Source: a virus (taxonomy: Duplodnaviria; Heunggongvirae; Uroviricota; Caudoviricetes). Taken from it: a stretch of 58,940 nt of DNA. Positions 9,529-18,657 of this stretch are shown piece after piece. The DNA is taken from the IMG/VR virus record IMGVR_UViG_3300050821_002544, one strand, 5' to 3'. The notes beneath the pieces are model-generated. The model did not search any database and had not been told where the DNA came from. It worked only from the letters and a program-made list of their open reading frames with translations. Position 1 is the first letter of the stretch; each line of letters begins with the position of its first letter. Made by a program: the position numbers and the translations under genes.

Positions 9529-12500
9529 TTAATTCGTAAATATAGAGAAGTCTAGCGAAGTTGCTGCTGCATTGAAACTTACTGCGAATCTAGAATTAGA
9601 TGCACCATTCGCTTGCGCGCCACCGAATAATAGATAATTGGCATTTGCAACTCTTACGTTTGCATCATAGCTAACCATATGAGCAGCAGTATTATATGTT
9701 ATATTTGCCGCACCACCAAATGATCCATTGTTGTTAAATTGAATCTGACCATTGGCACCGCCAGGAACGCCAGTCGCATTATTCGCAAGATTATATGCAT
9801 TTGCTGCAAGAGCAAGCGCAGAGTTAGCAGAATTATAAGCAAGATTTGCTTGTCCATATGCATTATTAGCTTGTCCTGTGACATCAAATCCACCATTAAT
9901 AAAATATCCATTAGAATAGTAATTACCAGGAATTGTTAATGTTGCAACATTACTAGAATATTGATATACCATTTCACCATTGGTATTACCACCAATTATC
10001 CATGTGTGGCTAACAATAGAAACGCCGTTAGAATTAAAACCATATCCTAGATTGTTTGGCTCTGATAAATTATCAGAAGTTGCTAACCAATGATTATTTG
10101 CACCATCTTTTCCAAGATAGGTTCTTGCATTACGATTAACTACGCCACCGAGACTTACACTTGTCGTACCTACGTATAATCCAACAGAATTTACAGTGGC
10201 GGTAACATTCATGTTGCCTGCAACATTAGCGCCTACTCCACCAAAACCTAATGCCTGACTATTGACTGTAAATCCAACATTAGAATATAGTGTTCCATTG
10301 GCAGATGCAATAACATTTACTGTTGCAGTATTATTAAAGTTTACATTTGCATTGGCAGCGACAATGGTTCCATTGGCATATGTAGAAACAACATTTGCAC
10401 CTGAACCAGATCCACCGCCACCAACACCAATCTGTAATGCAGAGAATATTCTTGCTTCTACAACGTCATTCACATTATTATTGGCTGTGAACTGAAGAAT
10501 ATTATTACCTACTACATTATAGTCAGTACCAGGAATCTGTAATAGACCGTTGACGGTAACAAGTACATATTGTGAACCAGTTACATTTGCAGATAGAGTA
10601 TATACAGACTGATTAGCAGCAGAAGTATAGCTATTGCTTGTAACACTAGTAAATGGAACATTAACAGTGAATGCAATATTTGATTGTGTGGTACCATTTG
10701 CAGTAACAGAAACATTGACCGTATTAGTATTATTAAAGTTTAGATTAGACTTGGCTAGTACTATTGTTCCATTGGCATATGTAGAAACAGTAGTGCCGGT
10801 TGCATTTGCAGCCGCGTAAGCTAGATTTGCCTGACCATATGCTGCATTTGCCTGACCTACAACATCTAATCCTGCTGCTGTAAAGAAAGAACCAGAATTA
10901 ATTGTACTTGTAGAAATAGAAGATACGATAACATTTGTACCAAGTATATTTCCGAAGAATGTATGTGGAGGTAAATCTTGTGGATTGCCATAAGAAATAC
11001 CAGTAATATTACTGGTATTAGCGCCACGCGTTGCTGTCAATACAGCAGCGCCATTTCCTAGATTATCGGCTTTTGCGAAAATATTAAAGTTTCCACCCGT
11101 ACCAGTCGAAATGGACCACATTCTACCATTTGGAGTTGCACCACCAGTAAAGAAATAATATCCGGATGCTGTTGGTCCTGTTGCCATAACATTACCATTG
11201 AAGGTATGTGATGGATTATCGGTGGAATTTCCATATGTTATGGAAGTGATATTTGTAGTTCCATTTGCTCTTGATGCAAAGTATAGATCGTTTCCGTTAC
11301 TTTGATTATCATTACGTGCCTGTATACGGAATGTACCAACAGAATCAACATAACTTGTCCAAAATCCTGTGTTTGCTGGTGGTGATTGTGCCTGCCAAAT
11401 TAATTGTGCGGAACTACTTAGAACTGTAACTATATTTGAACGAACAGTACCAGGAACTATAAGTGTTGGAATTCCACCACCAAATCCTCCACCATAGTTC
11501 ATCTGTTGTGCAATATTACCATTCATATTCCACATGTGAGAAATGATTGTTCCATTAGAAGTGAATCCATATGATAATGAATTTGCCTCACCAGGAGAAC
11601 CATTTACTGCATCATATGTTACGAACCAATGATTATTTGCTGCATCCTTACCTAAGAATGTACGCATACCACGATTTGTTAAGTTACCTAGATTTGCAGA
11701 AGTATTGCCACTAGCAGCAACCCACAATGAAGATGCTACATTCATAACAACTGCATTTACTACAGCAATCGATCCATCAATAGCAATATTTGGAAGATCA
11801 TTATTATTTCCAATAGTAATACCAGAAATATTTGATGTACCATTTGCACGATTAACAACCAGCCATGGATTTACATTTGTCTGTAAATCATTACGTGCCT
11901 CAAAACTTAATAGACCACCAATACCTGCATAAGTATCCCATAATTGGGTATTAGCATTTGCACTTATATTGTTCTGATATAGGATAGGAACGCCAGATGC
12001 AATAGATTCAGAAGGAACAGTTACACCACCAGATAATGTACCACCAGACAATGGTAGGAATTGGGTAGATAGTGCAGCAGTATTTGTTGTTACTGTAATA
12101 TTTGCTTTTGTGCCATTTGCAGATACTGTTATATTGGTTGTGGCAGAATTATTGAATGTAATACCAGATGCATTGGCAACGATAGTACCAGAGTTTTGAG
12201 CAACAAGAATAGAAGCAGATGCCGCATTTGCCACATTGAATGCATTGTTTGCCTGAGTATATGCAAGATTTGCGGTAGTATTAGCAGTATTAGCAAGCGT
12301 GAATGCAGTCTGACCGGTTACATTAGCAGTTCCTGCAAGTGTTACAGCAGATTGTGCAACAGTATTTGCAGTATTTGCCTGAGTGTATGCAGATTGAGCA
12401 ACACCATTTGCAGTATTAGCTTCTGCAAATGCAGAGTTTGCTTGACCATAGGCAAGATTTGCTTGTCCGTATGCAGCATTAGCTTGCCCATATGCAGCAG

Positions 12501-14925
12501 ATGTTGCAGCAGCAGAGAATGTATTCAGACCTGCAATTGCAGTATTTACATTAGTAGATAAACTGCCAATTGCAGTATTTACATTATTATATAGAGTTCT
12601 AACAGAATTTGCAGTTGCCGCATTTCCTGCATCGGTAGAAGAAATACTATCGATGAGTAATGTCACACCCTGGACTGTTGTATTAGCAATATTAGCAGAT
12701 ACAGTTCCGATTGTAGTGATAGGTCCACCGGTCAAACCAGTTCCAGTAGAAACCTGTAGAACAGAGCCATTACCACCACCATTACCACCAGCACCTAATG
12801 CAATAAAACTAATATTAGAAACACCACCAGAATTGGCAATAGAAACTAATACAGTAGAAGTATTAACAAAGTTTAATGGCTGACCGGATAATGTGCTGCC
12901 GCCGTTAGCAGAAACGCTAATAGTATTCAATGCAGCATTAGCTTGAGCATAAGCAAGATTTGCTTGTCCATATGCAGCATTAGCTTGACCGTATACTAGA
13001 TTGGCTTGAGCATAGGCAGAGTTAGCTTGGGTATAAGCAGATTGAGCAAGAGTATTAGCAGTATTTGATTGCGCTCTTGCAAGATTTGCTTGAGTATTTG
13101 CAGTAATGATTAGTGTTGGAAGAGTCTGAGCAAATACATTAGCAGCAACTGCAAGGGCAATACCGGTTTGACCAGTAGTATTTGCAGTAGAAATATTGAT
13201 ATTGAGTGTATTTAATGATGTACTTACTGATGCATTCATTGTATTTAATGATGTACTTACAGAAGTATTCATTGTATTCAATGCAGAATTGATTGCTGGA
13301 ATACCCAATATAGTACCATTGGCAACCAAAGATATATCACCGGTTCTAGAACCATTAGCGGCAGCAGCGACATTATTAGTCAATGATACTGTAATAGTAG
13401 AAGTATTGATAAAATTAAGGTTTGCATTAGTAACGGCAAATAAATTATTTGCCAATAGAGAAATATTGGCACCCTGAGAGATTCTTGTATCTATAACCAC
13501 ATTGTTTGTAGTCCCTGTTACGACAAGATTTGCAATATTACCAGAAGTAATATTTGCAACTGCAAGATTAGCAACACTGTATGCAAGATTTGCGGTAGTA
13601 TTAGCAGTATTAGCCAAAGTAAATGTTGATTGAGCAAAGGTATTACCTGCAAGTGCTAATGTGACACCTGTTTGTGCTAATGCATTGGCAACATTTGATT
13701 GACTGTATGCAGAATTAGCTTGACCATATGCAAGGTTCCCAGTATTATTAGCGGTATTGGCAAGTGTAAATGCTGCTTGCCCTGTAATATTAGCCGTCAA
13801 TGCAAGAGAAATTCCTGTTTGTCCGGTGGTATTTGCTATTGTAATAAGAGAAGGTAGAGTCTGAGCAAATGTATTTGCTGCAACTGCTAATGTAACACCT
13901 TGTTGTGCGGTATTCTGTGCAATAGTAATAAATGCAGGCAAAGTCTGTGCATAATTATTTGCTGCAATTGCAAGAGAAATTCCTGTTTGTCCACTGACAT
14001 TAGCAAGATTAATTAATGCAGGAAATGTTTGTGCATATGTATTTGCAGCAATCGCTAATGCAATTCCACTCTGACCATTGGCATCGGCAGAACTAATTAA
14101 TGCCGGTAGAGTCTGAGCAAATGTATTTGCTGAAATAGCAAGAGTAATACCTGTTTGTGCAGTAATATTGGCAGTGTTAGCAGCACTATATGCCAGATTT
14201 GCCCGACCATATGCTGTATTTGCTTGAGCATAAGCAAGATTTGCATTCGCACCTATACTTGCTGCGAAAGTGTATACGCTCTGAGCATAAGCATTTGCTT
14301 CTATAACAAGAGTAGTTGCATCAAGAGCAATAGATGCAACCAAATTTGCCTGTTGAAAAGCATTATTTGCTTGAGCAAATGCTGCTTGTGCTGTTGGTTC
14401 TGCATTTGCCTGTGCATAGGCAAGATTGGCTTGAGCATAAGCAGCATTAGCCTGACCATATGCTGCATTAGAAAGAAATACGATTGTCTGAGCAAATGTA
14501 TTACCATTAGATGCCAATTCTATAGCAAGATTCGCTTGTTGATAGGCTAGGTTTGCGGTACCATAGGCATTATTTGCAACACCATACACGATATGAGCAA
14601 TTGGTTCGTTATTTGCTTGAGCATAGGCAAGGTTTGCCTGACCATAGGCATTATTAGCTTCATTATATGCGGCATAGGCAACATTGGCTGCTGCATCAGC
14701 AGCAATGGTGGCATTATCACCAGTGACCATTGCAATATTTGCCTGACCATAGGCAGAGTTAGCTTGAGTATATGCTGATTGAGCAAGAGCATTTGCTGTA
14801 TTTGACTCAGCGTAGGCAAGATTTGCAATGTTGAGTGCAGTATTAGCCTGATCGTAAGCAAGATTTGCTTGTGCGGTCTGAACAACTTGTGGTAAAGTAT
14901 TCTGTGTAAAAATAACTGTTGGCAT
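9529..14925 (-). CDS. Long tail fibre (1798 aa) with QANxAY heptad coiled-coil segments and repeated beta modules
   Basis: Dozens of QANxAYx heptads, ~28-aa ANxxGQTGIxLAIAANxxAQTLP repeats, fibre-type QGVTLLIDSISSTDAGNAATANSVR motif, VTVNGLLQIPGTDY module. Confidence 0.85.
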   Translation of the reverse strand: MPTVIFTQNTLPQVVQTAQANLAYDQANTALNIANLAYAESNTANALAQSAYTQANSAYGQANIAMVTGDNATIAADAAANVAYAAYNEANNAYGQANLAYAQANNEPIAHIVYGVANNAYGTANLAYQQANLAIELASNGNTFAQTIVFLSNAAYGQANAAYAQANLAYAQANAEPTAQAAFAQANNAFQQANLVASIALDATTLVIEANAYAQSVYTFAASIGANANLAYAQANTAYGRANLAYSAANTANITAQTGITLAISANTFAQTLPALISSADANGQSGIALAIAANTYAQTFPALINLANVSGQTGISLAIAANNYAQTLPAFITIAQNTAQQGVTLAVAANTFAQTLPSLITIANTTGQTGISLALTANITGQAAFTLANTANNTGNLAYGQANSAYSQSNVANALAQTGVTLALAGNTFAQSTFTLANTANTTANLAYSVANLAVANITSGNIANLVVTGTTNNVVIDTRISQGANISLLANNLFAVTNANLNFINTSTITVSLTNNVAAAANGSRTGDISLVANGTILGIPAINSALNTMNTSVSTSLNTMNASVSTSLNTLNINISTANTTGQTGIALAVAANVFAQTLPTLIITANTQANLARAQSNTANTLAQSAYTQANSAYAQANLVYGQANAAYGQANLAYAQANAALNTISVSANGGSTLSGQPLNFVNTSTVLVSIANSGGVSNISFIALGAGGNGGGNGSVLQVSTGTGLTGGPITTIGTVSANIANTTVQGVTLLIDSISSTDAGNAATANSVRTLYNNVNTAIGSLSTNVNTAIAGLNTFSAAATSAAYGQANAAYGQANLAYGQANSAFAEANTANGVAQSAYTQANTANTVAQSAVTLAGTANVTGQTAFTLANTANTTANLAYTQANNAFNVANAASASILVAQNSGTIVANASGITFNNSATTNITVSANGTKANITVTTNTAALSTQFLPLSGGTLSGGVTVPSESIASGVPILYQNNISANANTQLWDTYAGIGGLLSFEARNDLQTNVNPWLVVNRANGTSNISGITIGNNNDLPNIAIDGSIAVVNAVVMNVASSLWVAASGNTSANLGNLTNRGMRTFLGKDAANNHWFVTYDAVNGSPGEANSLSYGFTSNGTIISHMWNMNGNIAQQMNYGGGFGGGIPTLIVPGTVRSNIVTVLSSSAQLIWQAQSPPANTGFWTSYVDSVGTFRIQARNDNQSNGNDLYFASRANGTTNITSITYGNSTDNPSHTFNGNVMATGPTASGYYFFTGGATPNGRMWSISTGTGGNFNIFAKADNLGNGAAVLTATRGANTSNITGISYGNPQDLPPHTFFGNILGTNVIVSSISTSTINSGSFFTAAGLDVVGQANAAYGQANLAYAAANATGTTVSTYANGTIVLAKSNLNFNNTNTVNVSVTANGTTQSNIAFTVNVPFTSVTSNSYTSAANQSVYTLSANVTGSQYVLVTVNGLLQIPGTDYNVVGNNILQFTANNNVNDVVEARIFSALQIGVGGGGSGSGANVVSTYANGTIVAANANVNFNNTATVNVIASANGTLYSNVGFTVNSQALGFGGVGANVAGNMNVTATVNSVGLYVGTTSVSLGGVVNRNARTYLGKDGANNHWLATSDNLSEPNNLGYGFNSNGVSIVSHTWIIGGNTNGEMVYQYSSNVATLTIPGNYYSNGYFINGGFDVTGQANNAYGQANLAYNSANSALALAANAYNLANNATGVPGGANGQIQFNNNGSFGGAANITYNTAAHMVSYDANVRVANANYLLFGGAQANGASNSRFAVSFNAAATSLDFSIFTN
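13200..13280. repeat. 33-nt tandem repeat encoding NTMNxSVSTSL in the long fibre
   Basis: gtatttaatgatgtacttac recurs at 33-nt spacing. Confidence 0.7.
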
Positions 14926-14933
14926 TTTGATCC

Positions 14934-15299
14934 TTAAGGTTGTATTGGTGAGCCAGTCATTGTTACTTGAGGACTCACAACCGCAATGCCTTCGACAATT
15001 CGACTCGTTACATTGGCGGTATCCACCATATAGATATCATATACATATCTGCCTGCTGCAATATTGGTCGTATTTGCTGCTGTACAGATAATAGAGGCAA
15101 CACCATTACTCGCATCTGTGACTGTTATAGTAAGACTTGCTGCTACGTTTGCAGCATAATAAGATTTACGTATTTGACTAGTAAATACATAATTTGTAAT
15201 ATCAACAGGCGAACCTGCTGTGTCTCTCATTACAAGTACATCAATATAATCAGCCCCTTGATTTATATAAATGTCCTGATATACCATTTCAAACTCCAC
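14934..15299 (-). CDS. Small Ig-like fibre adaptor protein (BppU N-terminal-like)
   Basis: INQGAD...DITNY.FTSQIRKSY...GRYVYDI...RIVEGIA.VSPQVT pattern common next to fibre genes in T4-like phages; own late promoter. Confidence 0.75.
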   Translation of the reverse strand: MEFEMVYQDIYINQGADYIDVLVMRDTAGSPVDITNYVFTSQIRKSYYAANVAASLTITVTDASNGVASIICTAANTTNIAAGRYVYDIYMVDTANVTSRIVEGIAVVSPQVTMTGSPIQP

Positions 15300-15347
15300 A
15301 ATAGATTATGATCTATTTAGGAATCGTGGCGCACCAGGATTGTACTA

Positions 15348-15938
15348 TTAACGAAACTTATCACCACAGAACCATATTACGAGGGATTTGCGAGTTCCGG
15401 CAGTAATAGGCGTAACACGATGAATGATATAACTAGGGAAAGCATAAACGATGCCTTTTTCTTTTTTTGCAGTAATTGGTTCAGGACCAACCAAAAATTC
15501 AAAATCACCACCCTCATATTCGGACGGATCAGATAGTTGAACAACAAGAGATAGTTTACGGGGTGGTGCGTTCAGATTACCTTTATCCATATGCCAGTTA
15601 TATTTGTCATCATCAGATTGATAAACAGTGTATTGAATATCTTCAATAAAACCATATAAATTTAAATCAAAGAATTCACCATTCATCATTCTACCGATAT
15701 AACCAAGCTTATCATATATAAAACTACTATTTGTATCATGAGAAATCCAGCCAACCTTAGATTTTCTAATAGAAGTATTAGATTCACCCCTATCTACAAT
15801 AGCTTGATTTAGTGTCAATGAATCGCCTATAACCTTAATACGACTAATTTCATCATCTGAAAATCCATTCTCCCAAAATGCAAAATTACGCTCTTTAGTA
15901 GATAAATCAGGACTAGGACATAGTGGATAATTGCTCAT
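15348..15938 (-). CDS. 2OG-Fe(II) oxygenase (PKHD/prolyl-4-hydroxylase-like)
   Basis: YNWHMD (HxD), RKLSLVVQLSDPSEYEGGDFEF, FPSYIIHRVTPITAGTRKSLVIW (distal His, RxS). Confidence 0.9.
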   Translation of the reverse strand: MSNYPLCPSPDLSTKERNFAFWENGFSDDEISRIKVIGDSLTLNQAIVDRGESNTSIRKSKVGWISHDTNSSFIYDKLGYIGRMMNGEFFDLNLYGFIEDIQYTVYQSDDDKYNWHMDKGNLNAPPRKLSLVVQLSDPSEYEGGDFEFLVGPEPITAKKEKGIVYAFPSYIIHRVTPITAGTRKSLVIWFCGDKFR

Positions 15939-15939
15939 A

Positions 15940-16662
15940 TTATTTTCGACTCCATACACTATCTCTATAGTGTGATTCATGTGATGCTCTTTTCTTTCTC
16001 GTAATATCTAATTCTTGTAAATCTTTTTCGGATAATTTATTGTTAGAATAGTCTGTTAACATAGAACCCCTCTTGATTGGTATGACCTGAACCAATGGAG
16101 TTCCTGCTTTTAATATTCCAGTATAATTGGGTTCTGTAAAGAAAAATGGAAAATTAATAAATTCAAAATATCCATCACAATCTACCATCCCTGACATACA
16201 TTGAAATCTTTTATCAATACGATTCATCGGTGGAATAAAAAGAACAGAATAATCTTTAGGAACTTTGATTGCCCACCAATTAAGAAATTTCATTGGAGGT
16301 TTAGGTGAAGTAGGATGCGGAATTTTATCTGTTTCTATTTGATTTCTATTATGATTTTCTATCATTGTTCTATAGAACATAGATTTATATGTGACACCTG
16401 ATGCATCATCATTGGTAATAAATTCTACGTCAGCAGCAAGAGGAATGATATATCCAATACACATTGCATCAAGAAAAGGTGCGCAGCGCTTGATAGTACT
16501 ATTTTCCAATAACTCTTTTTTTTCAATTTTTGGAGGAAGAGATTTATACCATTCTGGCATTAGCTTACGGGCTGAATATGGTTCTGGTATTATACCGAAA
16601 TCTTCGGAATGACATAGAAATTCTATCTCAGGAGTCTTTATAACAGACTTCAAATTAAACAT
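15940..16662 (-). CDS. Conserved phage protein often beside 2OG oxygenases (DUF6065-like, tentative)
   Basis: TIKRCAPFLDAM..GYIIPL, KFLNWWAIKVPKDYSVLFIPPMNR, AGTPLVQVIPIKR. Confidence 0.65.
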   Translation of the reverse strand: MFNLKSVIKTPEIEFLCHSEDFGIIPEPYSARKLMPEWYKSLPPKIEKKELLENSTIKRCAPFLDAMCIGYIIPLAADVEFITNDDASGVTYKSMFYRTMIENHNRNQIETDKIPHPTSPKPPMKFLNWWAIKVPKDYSVLFIPPMNRIDKRFQCMSGMVDCDGYFEFINFPFFFTEPNYTGILKAGTPLVQVIPIKRGSMLTDYSNNKLSEKDLQELDITRKKRASHESHYRDSVWSRK

Positions 16663-16708
16663 AATCTACCTCATAACAAATGTATTATCACATAAGAGTA
16701 TGTAGGTG

Positions 16709-18283
16709 TTATTGATTAAGCCATGAGATAGTTGTTGTACCATTTACAACACCACTTCCTACTGTTACAGTTGCCGCCGCACCTACTGAAACAGATTTTT
16801 GTAGTTTAGTTGTAATATTAGAAAATGGAGCAGAACCAGAAGGATTGCCAGTTCCACCAGTTCCAGCACCAGTTCCGGCAGAACCTATAGACCCAGGATT
16901 TCCATTTGCCCCATTTGCACCGGCAGACCCAGGAGAACCAGCATTTCCTCCCACACCAGCAGTTGCTCCCGCACCATTTGCTCCTGCATTTCCAGGAATA
17001 CCAGCAGAACCAGCATTACCTGGAGCACCAGCCCCACCCGATCCTGATCCGCCTCCACCACCACCAGATGCAGCAGAACCACCGGAATCTTGTCCACCAC
17101 CTAATCCACCTGCGCCACCACCCGGATTTCCGGCAGCACCAGCAGTATTACCACCAGATCCAGAACCAGCAGTACCAGGATTTCCGCCATTTCCAGCGGC
17201 ACCACCACCGCCACCACCACCTGTTCCTGCCCCGCCGCCTACACCCGCTCCACCACCTGTTCCGCCTGCGCCACCGCCCGCTCCACCGTTACCATTTGTA
17301 CCTGATGTTCCTGCATTTCCGGCAGTGCCAGGATTTCCTGCATTACCGGCAGCACCACCATTACCTCTTGCTCCACCGGTACCATTAATACCAGGATTTC
17401 CAGGATTTCCTGCTGTTCCTACATTTCCAGGATTACCGGCAGCACCAGCAGAACCAGCACTTCCGCCTACACCACCAGTAAGATTAACTGGCGTAATAAT
17501 TACTACAGAAGCTAATGCAGTTAATGATGTAGGATTACCGGTAACACCAACATTTCCAGGATTTCCTGCTCCCCCACTTTGACCGGTCCATGATGTTGGC
17601 GCTGCGCCACCACCATTTCCTACAGTAGCACCAGAACCAGCAGCACCAACATTTCCCACCGCACCAGCACTTCCAGTGGTACCAGCAGTACCAGGATTGC
17701 CTGCGCCGCCACCGGTTGCGCCACTTCCTACGCCACCAGCAGAACCGGCGACCCCAGGAGTTCCCGCATTTCCAGGATTACCGGAAACAGGACCAACTCC
17801 ACCAAGTCCACCATTTCCTCCAGTTCCATTTATTGCTCCACCACCAGCATTTCCAGGAAATCCTGCTTCTCCGGGAAATCCTGGAAATTGATCGATAGCA
17901 ACCTTTGCGCTTCCGTGACCACCACCGCCTCCACCACCACCACCAGGACGACCAGTATTGCCAGGAGCACCAGGATTTCCTGCACCGCCTGCGGCACCAC
18001 CGTTACCTCTTACGCCATTAGTTCCAGGATTTCCGGCACCACCTGCATTTCCGGCACCACCCGGATTTCCGGCAGCACCAGCATTACCAGCAATGCCCGC
18101 AGGACCAGCAATTCCGTTGAATCCTGGATTACCTGGATTACCTGGACTACCTGTTCCTCCTGCTCCCGCAACAGTAATTTTACGAACACCAAAAGGAATC
18201 GTCCACGTAGAACCGGCATTAAATGTAACGCTTCCCGCTTGTTTACGAGTAATCTGACGTAGGGCTGTAGCAGCTAAAGGCAT
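16709..18283 (-). CDS. Glycine-rich Gly-X-Y (collagen-/polyglycine-II-like) virion protein
   Basis: Long GNP/GAA/GGA triplet runs framed by WTIPFGVRKITVAGAGG and GTTTISW motifs typical of phage glycine-rich domains. Confidence 0.8.
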   Translation of the reverse strand: MPLAATALRQITRKQAGSVTFNAGSTWTIPFGVRKITVAGAGGTGSPGNPGNPGFNGIAGPAGIAGNAGAAGNPGGAGNAGGAGNPGTNGVRGNGGAAGGAGNPGAPGNTGRPGGGGGGGGGHGSAKVAIDQFPGFPGEAGFPGNAGGGAINGTGGNGGLGGVGPVSGNPGNAGTPGVAGSAGGVGSGATGGGAGNPGTAGTTGSAGAVGNVGAAGSGATVGNGGGAAPTSWTGQSGGAGNPGNVGVTGNPTSLTALASVVIITPVNLTGGVGGSAGSAGAAGNPGNVGTAGNPGNPGINGTGGARGNGGAAGNAGNPGTAGNAGTSGTNGNGGAGGGAGGTGGGAGVGGGAGTGGGGGGGAAGNGGNPGTAGSGSGGNTAGAAGNPGGGAGGLGGGQDSGGSAASGGGGGGSGSGGAGAPGNAGSAGIPGNAGANGAGATAGVGGNAGSPGSAGANGANGNPGSIGSAGTGAGTGGTGNPSGSAPFSNITTKLQKSVSVGAAATVTVGSGVVNGTTTISWLNQ

Positions 18284-18284
18284 A

Positions 18285-18626
18285 CTATGCCTCTATCAAT
18301 TTAGCATACTTCAATAGGTCACTTTTCTTAATTTCTTCTAGACCAACAGCATTATGAACCTGTTGCTCATAATCATCATAAAATGCCTTCCAATGAAGGA
18401 TTGGGAAATCCTTAAATTCTCTCTGAGCATTGAGTTTTATATCACCCCATGTCCATGTATTCAGACTATCAAAAACGCTCTTGTGCTGTGAAGGATCATT
18501 GTATGAAAGCAATCCATACTTAATACCTTTTTCATCTAGTAACTTTTTTGCGGCATAAGAATCCGCAATGGAATCTGTCAATCCAATATATAAATAAACT
18601 TCTTTAATTTTGACTATTTTCGCCAT
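18285..18626 (-). CDS. Glutaredoxin/thioredoxin-fold-like protein lacking CxxC
   Basis: AAKKLLDEKGIKY and FPILHW resemble Grx helix-1/strand-2 and the cis-Pro loop; no Cys in the ORF; ATG at 18626 downstream of a late promoter. Confidence 0.55.
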   Translation of the reverse strand: MAKIVKIKEVYLYIGLTDSIADSYAAKKLLDEKGIKYGLLSYNDPSQHKSVFDSLNTWTWGDIKLNAQREFKDFPILHWKAFYDDYEQQVHNAVGLEEIKKSDLLKYAKLIEA

Positions 18627-18657
18627 AATTGTAAATCTCCAAATCCTCTTATATTTA

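Noticed and set aside
9529-14925. CRISPR array or DGR template/variable repeats among the fibre repeats
   Set aside because: Repeats are in-frame coding and degenerate at third positions, without unique spacers or A-specific mismatches; no reverse transcriptase or cas gene in the window
16845-18262. Pro-rich + strand ORFs (e.g. 16845-17582, 17958-18257)
   Set aside because: Antisense read-out of GGN codons of the Gly-rich gene
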